Part shown: positions 1-10,330 of the stretch, one piece after another
How the letters are laid out: each line of letters opens with the position of its first letter
How positions within the stretch are numbered: position 1 is the first letter of the stretch
From: Planctomycetales bacterium
GTDB lineage: Bacteria; Planctomycetota; Planctomycetia; Pirellulales; S012-138
Reading direction: 5' to 3'
Length of the DNA: 61,957 nucleotides
NCBI GenBank assembly: GCA_015488215.1
Contig: WFOE01000107.1
Location: forward strand, 1 to 61,957
The notes under the pieces: generated by a model
Database searches by the model: none
What the model was told of the DNA's origin: nothing
Seen by the model: the letters and a program-made list of their open reading frames with translations, nothing else
Translations under genes and position numbers: made by a program

Positions 1-188
1 GCTTGCGACTTGCGCCGTGCGCCTTGCGCGAGGAGCTTCCGCCCCAGCGGAAATCGAAGCGTTCCTGTTCGTACTCGTGCTCGTCCTTGTCATTCGTAAT
101 CGGCAGCTCGTTATCGCTGCTTGAGAATCGGCCCTCGGCGAGCCGGAGGCGTCAACTTCCGGAGAAACGCGACGAGCAAGCGTTTCCC
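1..188 (+). repeat. Modular intergenic repeat locus A (truncated by window start): heptamer cassette - mini-hairpin - hexamer cassette - REP-like hairpin - spacer
   Basis: 1-30 gcttgcgacttgcgccgtgcgccttgcgcg matches 26018, 50011 and the reverse complement at 49109 and 61885. Mini-hairpin 32-45; TCGTRC hexamers ~68-101; REP-like GGCGAG-CCGGAGGC-GTCA-ACTTCCGG-AG at 137-164. Confidence 0.9.
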
Positions 189-350
189 GTTGTCAAGACA
201 ACGCCCCTAAGTACTCAGCCAATACTCTTTGAGCATACTCGGAGACGATTCTACTCGCCGGGGGATCACCCCTTCCGCATCTGCTCAAAAACGAATTGGT
301 AGCCACAGTGTTTCGAGCAAAAAGTCTCCCGGGCGCCACAAGTGGGTTTT

Positions 351-1202
351 TTATTCCTCTTCCAGCTTTTTCAACAGGCGGCCTAGGTATTCATGGGCTT
401 CCGCGGCGGCCCGGTCCGGCTGGTCGATATAGGGGTAAAGCTCCACGGTCAGCCAGCCCTGGTATCCGCTGTCGCGAATGGCCCGGAGCGTGGCTTCAAA
501 GTCAATGGCCCCGTGCCCGGGAATCAAATGCTGGTGGACCCGCGTGGCAGCGATGTCTTCCAGGTGATAGTGCTTCGTGTGCGCAGCCATTCGGGCCACC
601 CAGTCCTGCGGGTCCTGGCCCACGCAGTAGGCGTGTCCTATATCGAAGTTCAAGCCCACCCAGGGCGAATCGATTCGGGCAACAAACTCCTCGTATTGCT
701 CGAAGCGTTCGATGAGCAGTCCCGGCTCCGGCTCGATGAGCAGCAGCACCTGGACTTCTTCGGCCACTTCGACACAGGGCATCAGTTCGTCGTAGAACGT
801 GCGGGCGGCGTCGGCCCAGCTTTGCCCCGGCTCCAGCGGCCCGCCCGGCTCGGTGGTGATGTTCGGCGCACCCAGTTCCCGCGCCAGCCGCAGCGCCCGT
901 TTCGTATGCTCGCGGCGGATGGCCCGATAGTGCGGATGCTCAATCCAGGATGGGTGCCAGTACGGCTGCCGCGGATCGGCCACGGCGTTCATCATAAAGG
1001 CGTTGATATTGGAAATCTCAAGCCGGTGTTCTTCCAACGCGCGGCGGATTCGCTCCTTTTGCTCGGGCAGCAGTCCGGCGGGCCAAGCGTGGGGTACGTC
1101 GGCCAGCAGCTCGATTCCCTCGTAGCCGGCCTGGACAATGCGGCGGATGGTTTCCTCAATAGAAAAATTGAGATACGCGTTAGAACTGAAAGCCAGCTTC
1201 AT
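351..1202 (-). CDS. Sugar phosphate isomerase/epimerase, xylose-isomerase-like TIM barrel
   Basis: 283 aa ORF with GYEGIEL, LLIEPEP, NFDIGH, HYHLED, H..PGHGAIDF and VELY metal-binding motifs of the AP-endonuclease-2 barrel family. Confidence 0.85.
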   Translation of the reverse strand: MKLAFSSNAYLNFSIEETIRRIVQAGYEGIELLADVPHAWPAGLLPEQKERIRRALEEHRLEISNINAFMMNAVADPRQPYWHPSWIEHPHYRAIRREHTKRALRLARELGAPNITTEPGGPLEPGQSWADAARTFYDELMPCVEVAEEVQVLLLIEPEPGLLIERFEQYEEFVARIDSPWVGLNFDIGHAYCVGQDPQDWVARMAAHTKHYHLEDIAATRVHQHLIPGHGAIDFEATLRAIRDSGYQGWLTVELYPYIDQPDRAAAEAHEYLGRLLKKLEEE

Positions 1203-1278
1203 AAAATACCTCGACCGGCAGGCGCAACGGCGGATTGAAAACGGCGATTTTAGACGTTTGTTAGACGTTCATCAGAAA

Positions 1279-2379
1279 CTACCGTGAAACGGCGGCTCGT
1301 TTGACAAACTGAAGCATGAACTCGCGCAGCTTCTCCACGCCTTCGACCGGCATGGCATTGTAGATCGAAGCGCGAATCCCGCCCACGGAACGGTGTCCTT
1401 TGAGTTCCTTCAGACCCTGGGCGTCCGCTTCGGCCAGGAACGCCCGAGTCTGTTCCTCCGAAGGAAGGCGGAACGTCACGTTCATCAGCGAACGGCTTTC
1501 CGGGTCGGCGTGGCCGATGTAGAAGTCCGGGTACTGGTCCAGCACTTCGTAAAGCAACTGGGCCTTGGCCCGATTCCGCTGTTCCATCGCTTCCAGCGAG
1601 CCGACCTCTTCCAGCAGCCACCGGGTCACTAGCAGCACCACCCAGCAGGCGAACACCGGGGCGGTGTTCAGCAGCGAGCCGGCTTGAGCGTGCTGCCGGT
1701 AGTCGAGCATGGAGTGCAATCCCTCGGGCACCCGGTCCAGCAGCTCGTTGCGGATGATGACTACGGTTACCCCGGCCGGACCGGCGTTTTTCTGGGCGCA
1801 GGCGTAGATCAGCCCGAACCGGTCCACCTCGATGGGCCGGGAAAGAAAATCCGACGAGGCGTCGCACACCAGTGGGCCGCCACCGGGTGGGGGCTCGCGA
1901 AACTGTACGCCCTGGATCGTCTCGTTGGAGGTGAAGTGGACGTAGGCCGCCTCGGGCGAAAGCTCCAGCTCGTCCGGCTGCGGCACGCGACGGTAGTTGT
2001 GCTCCTTGCCGTCGTAGGCCACGTGGACCGTCCCCTCGCGGCGCGCCTCGACCACCGCCTTGTTGCCCCAGGAACCGGTGAGGATGTAGTCGGCCGGCAG
2101 TTTGCTTCCCCGCAGCAGGTTCATCGGCACCATGGAAAACTGAAGCCGGGAGCCGCCCTGGAGATAGAGCACCGTGTAGTCTTCGCCGAAGCGAAGCAGG
2201 CGGCGAAGATTGGCTGTCGTCTCTTCCAGCACCTGGGCGAACCACTCCGAACGGTGGCTCATCTCCAACGGAGAGATTCCAATCCCCTCCAGGGCCACTA
2301 GTTCCCGTTGGGCCTGTTGCAAAACCGGCAGGGGCAATACCGCCGGGCCGGGCGAAAACGTGTAAACGCCTTGGGCCAT
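1279..2379 (-). CDS. serC: Phosphoserine aminotransferase
   Basis: Start moved to MAQGVYTFSPGPAVLP, which has an AAGGA RBS. Motifs EMSHRS, LQGG, NETIQG, DASSD, ACAQKN (PLP lysine), GHRSVGGIRASIYNA. Confidence 0.97.
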   Translation of the reverse strand: MAQGVYTFSPGPAVLPLPVLQQAQRELVALEGIGISPLEMSHRSEWFAQVLEETTANLRRLLRFGEDYTVLYLQGGSRLQFSMVPMNLLRGSKLPADYILTGSWGNKAVVEARREGTVHVAYDGKEHNYRRVPQPDELELSPEAAYVHFTSNETIQGVQFREPPPGGGPLVCDASSDFLSRPIEVDRFGLIYACAQKNAGPAGVTVVIIRNELLDRVPEGLHSMLDYRQHAQAGSLLNTAPVFACWVVLLVTRWLLEEVGSLEAMEQRNRAKAQLLYEVLDQYPDFYIGHADPESRSLMNVTFRLPSEEQTRAFLAEADAQGLKELKGHRSVGGIRASIYNAMPVEGVEKLREFMLQFVKRAAVSR

Positions 2380-2684
2380 GGTTTGTTCCTTGGGCGTGAA
2401 GTTGCGGTGCCGGAACGGGGCGCCGCAGAGAAACTTCCCTGGTCGGCCGTCCACAATGCCCGAATTGTAAGCCGCCGCCTGCTGGCTGAAAAGCGGCTGT
2501 CCTGTGTGGGCGAACAGGGCGTTTGAACCCAGAACACCGGCGGCCAAACCCGAAGGCTACCGCCACCAGGCGATGGCCCGGCCACACCGAACGACGAGCT
2601 CTGTGAAGAAGCAAGCCGTCGAACCAACCGGCCGGAAGCCAGCGAAAACTCCGCTGGTCCGTCTTGGGAACGGCTGGGGAAATG

Positions 2685-4517
2685 TTATTCCCGCTCGATA
2701 GTCAGCACGACACTGCCGGAGTTGTCGCCCAATTGGGACCAGGCGTCGCGGCAACGAACGAACAGTTGGCCGGAGGCCGGAGCCGTCCAGGTGCCTTCGG
2801 CCCCCAGCTCGAACGGCTCGGAAAGCTGGAAGTTCTGAAACAACACGCCCACCAGGCGTCCTTGGCCGTCGGGACGCCCGTCGGCTGTGACCGCTTCCAG
2901 CGAGTCGATTTTCCAGGTGCCTGCGGCCCGATAGCGGTATCCTTCCCCAGCCTGGACCTTGACGCCGGTGGCTTGCCAGCCGGCTTTGGCCTTGACGGTC
3001 ACGGTGCGCCGGGCACCGATGCGCAAAGGACGGAACCGCGTTTTCCAGTCCCAGGCGACCAGGTCGGCCCGAAACCCATTGTCCACGTGTTTGACAAAGA
3101 AGTCGTATTCGAAAGAAATCTGCCGGGCCACGGGACCGTAGACGCTCTGGAAGCTCACGCCCGGCCGTCTGCTCATCAGCCCGATGCCCAGGGCGCGGAA
3201 ACGCGGGGCGTAGTTCGGGTTGTGCATCAGCAAGTAGCACAGCGCCCAACGCCAAGCGTAGGCTTGCCAGGAATCGCCGGTAATCTGCCCGGGGGCGACG
3301 ATTTCGGCAAGCGTTTTAGGCCGCGAGGTTTTTAGATAGGTAATCACCACCGGCGGCACGTCCACGGCCAGTTGGTTGGGTTTCCAATAGTGGCCCAATT
3401 CCGCAATTCCTTCGGCATACCAGGTGGGGCCCGTGGAACCGAAAGTCAACGCACAAAAGGCGTGTACGGCTTCGTGCTGGACCACTTCCGGATTGTCGCA
3501 GGAATAGACAATTGCCTGCACCTGGCTTCCCAGGGTGCGGTGGATGGTTACCCCTTCGCGGTTTCTGATTTTCAGAAAAGCCTCGGGCGGGAAGGTGTCC
3601 GCGGGCCATTGGGCAAGGTCGCGGACGACAAAGCAGCGAATCGGCTGCCGCGGGCGACGGCCGAAGTACTTGGCCAGCAGCCTGTACATGGTTTCCAGCC
3701 TATCCAGCAGGATGCGGACCTTTCGTTCCGAGATGTCGGTATGCAACAGGAAATGGGCCGAACGCACGTCGCGGGGCTTGCGCGGCGCGTCGGAATACCG
3801 GGCGTAACGGTCTTCGGCCTTGGTTCGTCCAGGAGCGGTGTCGCCGTCCTGGGGGGCCAGTTGCACATGGATGGACTTGACGACCCAATCCCCCGTGTCG
3901 AACTTCCACAACAGGGCTTGCAGCACGCGGTCTCCGGGCTTGACTCGCTCCAGGTCGGTCGCTTCCAGGTTGACGTGGGCGTCGCGTGCCAAACGAAACT
4001 TTAGTTGCCGCTTCCGGAACCAGGGATTGCGCGGCACTTGCAGCGTCAGCCCGGAACGCGTGTTGCGAACCACCGCGCCGGTGATGCGGTAGCGGTGGGT
4101 CTTCGTGTCTGCTACCGCTTCCAGACGTTTGACTTCCGGGGTGAGTTTCGGCTTCCAGGTGATTTGCCGCAGCGGCTGCCGGGGCGTTCCCGACCGGCTC
4201 AGCACCGCTTCGACGGTAACGACCATCCCGGGCCGAAGTTGCCGGGGAGCAATTTGTCCTGTGACGCGCACCTGGGATTCAAAGGCGATGACCCCGGCCG
4301 CAAGCGCCACCCCCCGGCGAGCGTCGGTTCCCACATGGCAGACGAACGTGTTGCCTTGGGCGTCGGCCAGTGTGATCCGGGTGGGACTGACAGCTCGCAC
4401 CACTCCGCCGTCCAACCGCGTCTGCTGGACGACGCGTACTGCGCGCTGGGCCGCGGCTGTTGCCAGCAGCGGCCCCAACAGAAGTACCACCACCTGCAAC
4501 CCCAATTTCCCATTCAT
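2685..4517 (-). CDS. Secreted multidomain protein with gluzincin-type metallopeptidase motif and C-terminal beta-sandwich (PA-IL/lectin-like)
   Basis: Signal peptide (LLLGPLLATAAA); QHEAVH (HExxH) followed by WYAEGIAE; C-terminal VKAKAGWQATGVKVQAGE...AAGTW...GRLVG...GQLFVRCRD. Confidence 0.65.
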   Translation of the reverse strand: MNGKLGLQVVVLLLGPLLATAAAQRAVRVVQQTRLDGGVVRAVSPTRITLADAQGNTFVCHVGTDARRGVALAAGVIAFESQVRVTGQIAPRQLRPGMVVTVEAVLSRSGTPRQPLRQITWKPKLTPEVKRLEAVADTKTHRYRITGAVVRNTRSGLTLQVPRNPWFRKRQLKFRLARDAHVNLEATDLERVKPGDRVLQALLWKFDTGDWVVKSIHVQLAPQDGDTAPGRTKAEDRYARYSDAPRKPRDVRSAHFLLHTDISERKVRILLDRLETMYRLLAKYFGRRPRQPIRCFVVRDLAQWPADTFPPEAFLKIRNREGVTIHRTLGSQVQAIVYSCDNPEVVQHEAVHAFCALTFGSTGPTWYAEGIAELGHYWKPNQLAVDVPPVVITYLKTSRPKTLAEIVAPGQITGDSWQAYAWRWALCYLLMHNPNYAPRFRALGIGLMSRRPGVSFQSVYGPVARQISFEYDFFVKHVDNGFRADLVAWDWKTRFRPLRIGARRTVTVKAKAGWQATGVKVQAGEGYRYRAAGTWKIDSLEAVTADGRPDGQGRLVGVLFQNFQLSEPFELGAEGTWTAPASGQLFVRCRDAWSQLGDNSGSVVLTIERE

Positions 4518-4691
4518 GGCGGTTCCTCCCTATCTTCCGGCCACCTTGCCCAGGGCAAGAAGCGGCAAGCTGCCACCGCGGGAGTTCCGGAATCTCTGCT
4601 GTTGACAGGTACAAGGCGCCGTCTGGATGGGAAAGGCACATTGCCCACCTTATTTCCACTGCGCGGCGGCGTTTGTCCCGCTGCTTGCCTG

Positions 4692-7600
4692 CTACTTGGC
4701 CCTTGGTTCCGGCGCCACCAACGGTTTGGATTCGCGAGAGGCCGCCGGAACCTCGGTCTGGATTGGCTGTGGAGTAAACACAATCCGGCGGCTGGCGGTT
4801 ACGGTGACGGTTCCATTATGCACATCGCCGAAAGCCTGGTAGCTGCTGACCGAACCGTCGAACTCCTGCTCGAAGACGAACTTCCCGGTGCGCCGGTCGA
4901 TGCAGGCCAGAGCGTGATAGGTGCTTCCGCGGCCCTGGCGCCGCCGGTAAATATGGCTGGCCAGCACCACCATCGGCATGGCCCACGGCTGATCCAGCAT
5001 CAGGCTATGGTTCTGCACCAGCGTGGACCAGAGGTGCTGTCCGGTGGTTCGCGAAAAACAGTGCAAGTATCCGTTAATCCGCACGCAGCGGCTCCCTCCG
5101 GGAATCGGGCTCACATAGCCGATCTCCTGGTTGTTCCGCATGCGGGAGTTGGCTACCACGAGCAACTGGTCTCCCTGCACCACGGCGTGCAGCTCCATCA
5201 GGGCACCGTGGAGCTCCACTTTCTGGTTAATGAACACTTCTCCCTGGGGGAGCTTGAGCACCTGAAGCTGACCGTTGGGAGCCAGCAGTGCCAAAAGCGA
5301 CTCGGTGAACTGAACCGCCTTGGTTCCGTTGGGCACGGTCCGTTTCCACAGGGTTTTGCCTTCGCGGGGGTCCAGCATTTCCAGGTCGATTTTGCCGGTG
5401 CGGTACTTCCACAGCACCAGTTGCGACCCGTGCGAAGCGACAATCCCCTGGAACCGATGGGGGAGCCTTACCCGCTTGATCAGCTTGCCGGTGGCCGTCT
5501 CCAGCAGCAGGGATTGTCCGCCCCCGGGCGGAATGACCACCAGGGTGCGGGCGTCGCCCAGCACGACGCTTCCGGCCGGGATGTGTTCGCGTTTCCAGAT
5601 CACTTTGCCGGTCAGAGGCTCCAGGGCCTGGAGCTCGCCGCCCACCTGGACGTGGACCTGATTGGGCAGCACAGGCCCCAGCAGCCCGACGGGACGCCCC
5701 AGGTTGTCGGTGGCGTAGCTGAACCGCTCGCCCCAAGGCGTGCCAATCATCTGGGTGCGGATGCCAAAGGGACGCACTTCGGATTGCGTGCGGAGGTCTT
5801 TTTTCCACAACAGCCGCCCGTTGCCCGTGATGCCGTCCACGGCGTAAAGCTGGTAACCCATCGAAAAGAGCACCAGATTGCCCAGAGCCCGAGCGCGCAT
5901 AATGGCCGGAGAGACGTATCCGGTGTTGGGCTGGCTGACCAGGGAGACTTTCCAGAGCGTGCGTCCGACTCCGTCCAAGCCGGTCAGCGTCCGGCGCTGG
6001 TGGTCGAACATCAGCACTCTGCCGGGCGAGGAATCGGAAAGCATCCGCACCGGAATGGCATAGAGCCGTTCAGTTACGGGGCGAGCCGCTCCCACGGCGG
6101 GCTTCCACCGCACGGGTTGGGGCGGTTCATCCGCGGCAATCCGGGCAGCCAACGGCGGAAGCGAAAACCGCCGCACCGCTTCCTCGACCGTCGTCCCGTC
6201 CTTGAGCGTTACCCCGGCGTATTCCCGCCGCAACCTGCGCAACTGCCAGGCGCATTGCAGCGGACGGCCGGCCTGGTGGAACAGTTGGGCCAGTTCCAGC
6301 AGGGCCTGGGCGGCCGTTGCCCTATCGGCCGATTGGGCCAGTTGGTGCAACAGCAGCTCGCGTTCCAGCGTGGCGCCCTGGTCTTGCAACTGCTTCAGCA
6401 GGGCGTCGCGGGCCCGGTCGGCCAAGGGGTGGAAGGCATACAGGGTCAAGAAGCGGGCCAGGGCCTCGTGATTCTCTTCGGCCAGAAAGCGTTGGAGCTG
6501 CTGCTGGACCTTGGCGTCCAGTTGCTGGCGTTGTTCCTCGGCGGCCTTCTGATACACGGCGGCCAGCCGCCAAGCCAGCCAGCGCTGTTGCCGCACCAGA
6601 GTGCCGTCGTTGGTGGGAATCAGCCCGTCCAGTCCCTCGCCCACCCGGGCCAGACGGTGGTACGTGTCGAACGCTTCGCTCCACTGTCCGACGTTTTCGT
6701 GGGCCGAAGCCAGCGTGAGCAGGAAACGCACTTTTTCTTCGGGAAAGACGAGCAACTGGCGGATCTGGTCGGTCAGCGACGCATACTTGCGGTAATCTTG
6801 CTCCAGCAGCTTCAGGCTGCTTTCCAGCAGCAGTTGCCGCACCAGCGGACTGGGTTCCTGCTTGTAAGCCCGGGCCAGTTCTTTTCTTGCCTGAGCCAGC
6901 TTTCCCTGGTCGATTAGCAGGGAGCCTTTCCAGGCCAAGGCTGCCGGGTCCTGGGGATGCTGCTGCAATCGACGCTGGACCCACTGCTGAAGCCATCGCT
7001 GCTGGTAGTAACAGTCCACAAACGCCGAGCCGACCGAAACGATGCTCCCGCGATAGGAAACCAGGTTGCCCAACCCCTGGCCGTGACGCAGCGTGTGCTG
7101 CATGGCGATCCGGCCTTCGGCCAGGTCCAGCACCAGCAACATTCCCCGGGAAAGAGGCAGCAGGTACCGCGTGCCGTCCAGAAGGCCGCGTCCAGAGGGG
7201 GAGTGGCCTTCCGGGTAGTTGATCGAGCGGAGCTGTTTGCCTTCGCGCAGCTCGAGCAGTCGGGCCGATTTGCTACCCACCACCAGCACGTGCTGGCCGT
7301 TCACGCCGCCCAGGTACAGCCCGTCCCCCCGGGGAGCTTTCCAACGCACTTTTCCTGAAAGAAGGTCCAAAGCCACCAGCTCATTGCTCTCCGGCGGGGT
7401 AAGCAGGACCAGGTCGCCGGCTACGATGGGCGTGGCGTCCAGCCAGCGGTCGCCCCGGTTGCCGTTGCGGTTCTGAATGACCTGGAACCCAAAGGGACGA
7501 CGGCGCAAGGTGCTGGGGCGCTGGTACACAAAGCCCCAGCGGAGGGAGCGGGTGGGCAGATCGATGGCCACCACAGCTCCGGCCGCCGTGGGACAGACGA

Positions 7601-9251
7601 GCACCCCGTCGGCATACGTAGGCGAAACCCCAGCGGTGCGCCGAATCAGGTCCAGGTTCAGGTCCTGTTCCACAACCACGAGGTGCTGGGACCAGAGCTT
7701 CTGCCCGCTGGCCGCATCCAGGGCAAACAGGCGGATTTCTCCCTTTTGTTCGCCAATGACGAACAGCGTTCCGTCAAGCGGTAGCGGCGGTCCCAGAAAA
7801 AACGTGCCGGCCAGAGGGAGGGCGTCCTGGTTTTCCGGCCCCCCGACTTCCCAGACCAGCTTGCCTTCCTGGGCCAGACTGCGAGCCTGCAACAGATTGT
7901 GGCTCGAACTGCCCGCGGCCATGGGACGACCGTTGGGAAGAAGAAAACGCGTCGTGTTGGCGAAATTGATTTGCGGCAAGGGGAGGTTCTGCACCAGATA
8001 GACCCGGCGCCCGTCGCTACTGAGCGTCCCGTAGTTCAAATCCTCGGATAACCGTCGCTGCAAGGCGGTCAACTGGGTGCCGGAGACGGCGTTGGAAGAA
8101 ACCAGCGCTCCGTTGGGCAGGCGCACCAGTCCTTCCATGGGACCGGCCTGGCCGGGAGCCGCTTGGGCTGTTTCTTCGGCCACTTGCCAGATGCGCTTGC
8201 CGGTCTGGAAGTCCACGGCCACCAGCCCTTCGGCCGTGCGGACCAGCACCTGGTCATCGACCACCAGCGCCTGCACCGCCGGGACGGTGGGCGTTTCCTG
8301 GGAAGGGTAGGGAGGCCGGTCGAGTTTTTCCAGCAATTCCGGGTCCGTGGTCAGCGGCACCCGCCAGCGAACGTCCGAAACCGGAATGTCCGCCGGGCTT
8401 TGGGCGTTGCGGGTCGGGTTGCCCCGGACCATCAGCCAGGAGTCCGGATGGCTGATCTCGGCCAAGGGAGTCTGCCCCTTGGGCAACAGCCGGGCAAACA
8501 GCTTTTCCGGATCACTGGGCAACGGTCGGGGGGCTTCTCCAGCCGAGGAGAGAACCAGCCGGTCGTACTCCTGCTGCAGGCGGTTGACCACCGCCACGGC
8601 ACGCTGCCGGTAGCCCAAGCGATACCAACACAAGGCCATCTGCAGTGACAGATCCGGCTCGAACTGGCTTCGGGCCGGACTTTGTTCCAAGCGGAGAAAC
8701 TGCACCAGGGCGGCGAGAGCCTGCCCTCGGGCTAGGTGCCACCGGCCCAACAGATAGGTGGCCCGATAGCCGGCCAGCGTGTGAAAGTAACGTCTGGAGG
8801 CTTCTTCCAGGGCCTCGATCCGGTTTTCGGCCAAGCCTTGTTGCAGCAGCCTCCGGGCGCTGGCCTCGAACTGGAGCCGATAGGCCTCCAGCCCTTCGCG
8901 GGGCAGGCGGCCGATGAGTTCCTGGGCCTCGCGTTTGAAGCTGGTCAGAGTCTGGCTTCCCCGGGCCGGCTGGAAGGAATCATCCGGGTGGTCCAGCACC
9001 TTCTGCAAGAACTGAATCGCTTCGGCGTAGCGTTTTTCTTCGAGCAGGTTTCGGGCCGTACGCATCCACTGCCGCAACGAGCGATCGGGCGGCACGAACA
9101 AGTGGTGTCCGGCCACTTCCGGGGCCAGGAACTTTTGCCTCTGCCCTTGCACGACTGCCTGATGCGGAGCCAGCGAGCCGCACAACAGGGCCGCCAGACC
9201 GAAAGCCAGCCACAGCGGCCGGCACGTCCAACCCAAGCGGTGGCAATTCAT
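4692..9251 (-). CDS. Giant exported PQQ-like beta-propeller repeat / TPR protein (BamB-like repeats)
   Basis: About 1520 aa from the ATG at 9251; signal peptide; repeated LVAVDFQTGKRIW, LFALDAASGQKLW and LVALDLLSGKVRW Trp-docking motifs in two propeller blocks separated by TPR-like helices. Confidence 0.85.
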   Translation of the reverse strand: MNCHRLGWTCRPLWLAFGLAALLCGSLAPHQAVVQGQRQKFLAPEVAGHHLFVPPDRSLRQWMRTARNLLEEKRYAEAIQFLQKVLDHPDDSFQPARGSQTLTSFKREAQELIGRLPREGLEAYRLQFEASARRLLQQGLAENRIEALEEASRRYFHTLAGYRATYLLGRWHLARGQALAALVQFLRLEQSPARSQFEPDLSLQMALCWYRLGYRQRAVAVVNRLQQEYDRLVLSSAGEAPRPLPSDPEKLFARLLPKGQTPLAEISHPDSWLMVRGNPTRNAQSPADIPVSDVRWRVPLTTDPELLEKLDRPPYPSQETPTVPAVQALVVDDQVLVRTAEGLVAVDFQTGKRIWQVAEETAQAAPGQAGPMEGLVRLPNGALVSSNAVSGTQLTALQRRLSEDLNYGTLSSDGRRVYLVQNLPLPQINFANTTRFLLPNGRPMAAGSSSHNLLQARSLAQEGKLVWEVGGPENQDALPLAGTFFLGPPLPLDGTLFVIGEQKGEIRLFALDAASGQKLWSQHLVVVEQDLNLDLIRRTAGVSPTYADGVLVCPTAAGAVVAIDLPTRSLRWGFVYQRPSTLRRRPFGFQVIQNRNGNRGDRWLDATPIVAGDLVLLTPPESNELVALDLLSGKVRWKAPRGDGLYLGGVNGQHVLVVGSKSARLLELREGKQLRSINYPEGHSPSGRGLLDGTRYLLPLSRGMLLVLDLAEGRIAMQHTLRHGQGLGNLVSYRGSIVSVGSAFVDCYYQQRWLQQWVQRRLQQHPQDPAALAWKGSLLIDQGKLAQARKELARAYKQEPSPLVRQLLLESSLKLLEQDYRKYASLTDQIRQLLVFPEEKVRFLLTLASAHENVGQWSEAFDTYHRLARVGEGLDGLIPTNDGTLVRQQRWLAWRLAAVYQKAAEEQRQQLDAKVQQQLQRFLAEENHEALARFLTLYAFHPLADRARDALLKQLQDQGATLERELLLHQLAQSADRATAAQALLELAQLFHQAGRPLQCAWQLRRLRREYAGVTLKDGTTVEEAVRRFSLPPLAARIAADEPPQPVRWKPAVGAARPVTERLYAIPVRMLSDSSPGRVLMFDHQRRTLTGLDGVGRTLWKVSLVSQPNTGYVSPAIMRARALGNLVLFSMGYQLYAVDGITGNGRLLWKKDLRTQSEVRPFGIRTQMIGTPWGERFSYATDNLGRPVGLLGPVLPNQVHVQVGGELQALEPLTGKVIWKREHIPAGSVVLGDARTLVVIPPGGGQSLLLETATGKLIKRVRLPHRFQGIVASHGSQLVLWKYRTGKIDLEMLDPREGKTLWKRTVPNGTKAVQFTESLLALLAPNGQLQVLKLPQGEVFINQKVELHGALMELHAVVQGDQLLVVANSRMRNNQEIGYVSPIPGGSRCVRINGYLHCFSRTTGQHLWSTLVQNHSLMLDQPWAMPMVVLASHIYRRRQGRGSTYHALACIDRRTGKFVFEQEFDGSVSSYQAFGDVHNGTVTVTASRRIVFTPQPIQTEVPAASRESKPLVAPEPRAK

Positions 9252-9643
9252 ACACTTGCTCCTGTCAAACCGACTCCCATGCCCCGGCGGTCCACTCGGC
9301 ACCCGAAAGATGTTCTGAAATCCACGGGGCTGTTCCCGCGCCCCGTGGCGAGGGTTCCTCGGACGCAACCTCGCCCGGCCCGGACTGGAGAAGACCCTGG
9401 TGAGCGAAAAGGACGATACCACACCACTTTTTGCATCCTAAGACAACGCTCGGCCCGGCACAAGCGAAACCGGAAACCGCCGTATTCTTGGTGGTAGCAG
9501 CCGGGAAAAAGTTCATTGTCTCCGTGTAAGTGTAGGTTTTGCCGCTTTTGCCTATACCCCAGCAGAGGGGGAGCTTGCGAAAAAGGAGGGGGCAAGTACC
9601 TGAAATGCGGCTTACCCCGAACGGGCAAACGAAAAACAGAGGG

Positions 9644-9672
9644 TTGACGCGGGAGACGGAAGGTGATAGATT
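9644..9672 (+). promoter_or_regulatory. Putative sigma70-type promoter for the 9725 gene
   Basis: TTGACG-N17-TAGATT with a TG extended -10 element, in an AT-richer divergent intergenic region. Confidence 0.5.
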
Positions 9673-9724
9673 TCAGTGGAAATTGAGAATCAGTATCAAT
9701 ATCGCTGGGTGGATGCTGCTCGCC

Positions 9725-10039
9725 ATGGCCAGTGAAACCTTGCTTGCCGTCCTGCCTGCTGAAGTTCCCACGGAACGGGTCACGCTCGTGCTTGTCCAAG
9801 AGGTAGCCGGTCCCTCCCAAGTGGTGCTTCGGCAAGAAAGCTGGTGCGAGAAGTTGGGCTGGTGCGTGCAAAAGACGATTCAAATGACCCCGCAGCAGGT
9901 TGGAGCCCTGCGAGTCGCCTTGGGCCAGGTGCCCACACGGCCGCAGACGGTGGCACGTGCGTTGGCCGGCCGAGCTGAGCCTTCTTCTCCCGCGACGATT
10001 CCCTTCCCGGGAGCGGCGGCACGGGCAGAAACCGCCTGA
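9725..10039 (+). CDS. Small hypothetical protein (about 104 aa)
   Basis: MASETLLAVL...LRQESWCEKLGWCVQKTIQMTPQQVGALRVALG; globular-looking core downstream of the promoter-like signal; start uncertain. Confidence 0.6.
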   Translation: MASETLLAVLPAEVPTERVTLVLVQEVAGPSQVVLRQESWCEKLGWCVQKTIQMTPQQVGALRVALGQVPTRPQTVARALAGRAEPSSPATIPFPGAAARAETA

Positions 10040-10252
10040 TTGTTGGGACCGCATCCGAGGTCCGGGTCTTTATTCTGTTTGCCAGGTTCTTCTGCCTGCC
10101 ACGGCTGGGAACGGTATGCGCCGTCCGGCCACCGGGGCACGGGCAAGCTCGGGGCGTGGAAGCTTCTAACAGCGTGTCACCAAACCTCCCGGCATCACTC
10201 CAGTCCTCGGGCGTGGCGATTCGCCCGGAAGTTTTGTGACTGCCATGAGGAA

Positions 10253-10330
10253 GGAGCTTCGGCTCCGAGGCGGGAATCCACGCCGATTCTTGCAAGGGGA
10301 GAGCCGTCTTTTTGCAACGGGAGAGCCGTC
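10253..10330 (+). repeat. Degenerate repeat locus B: mini-hairpin + linker + REP-leader remnant with ~19-bp direct duplication
   Basis: GGAGC-TTCG-GCTCC at 10253-10266, then cgccgattcttgca as at 50220; ttgcaa(g/c)gggagagccgtc at 10290 and 10312. Confidence 0.6.

Noticed and set aside
2380-2684. Riboswitch upstream of serC; also looked for preQ1 (queF) and Moco (mog) riboswitches
   Set aside because: No glycine, ZTP, preQ1 or Moco consensus was recognizable by eye; an Rfam scan would be needed to exclude them.
4005-6917. 970-aa plus-strand ORF, and similar long ORFs at 20805-23504(-), 29942-33124(+), 40323-42170(+) and 45121-47223(-)
   Set aside because: Antisense or alternate-frame shadows of well-supported genes in high-GC DNA, with no recognizable motifs.
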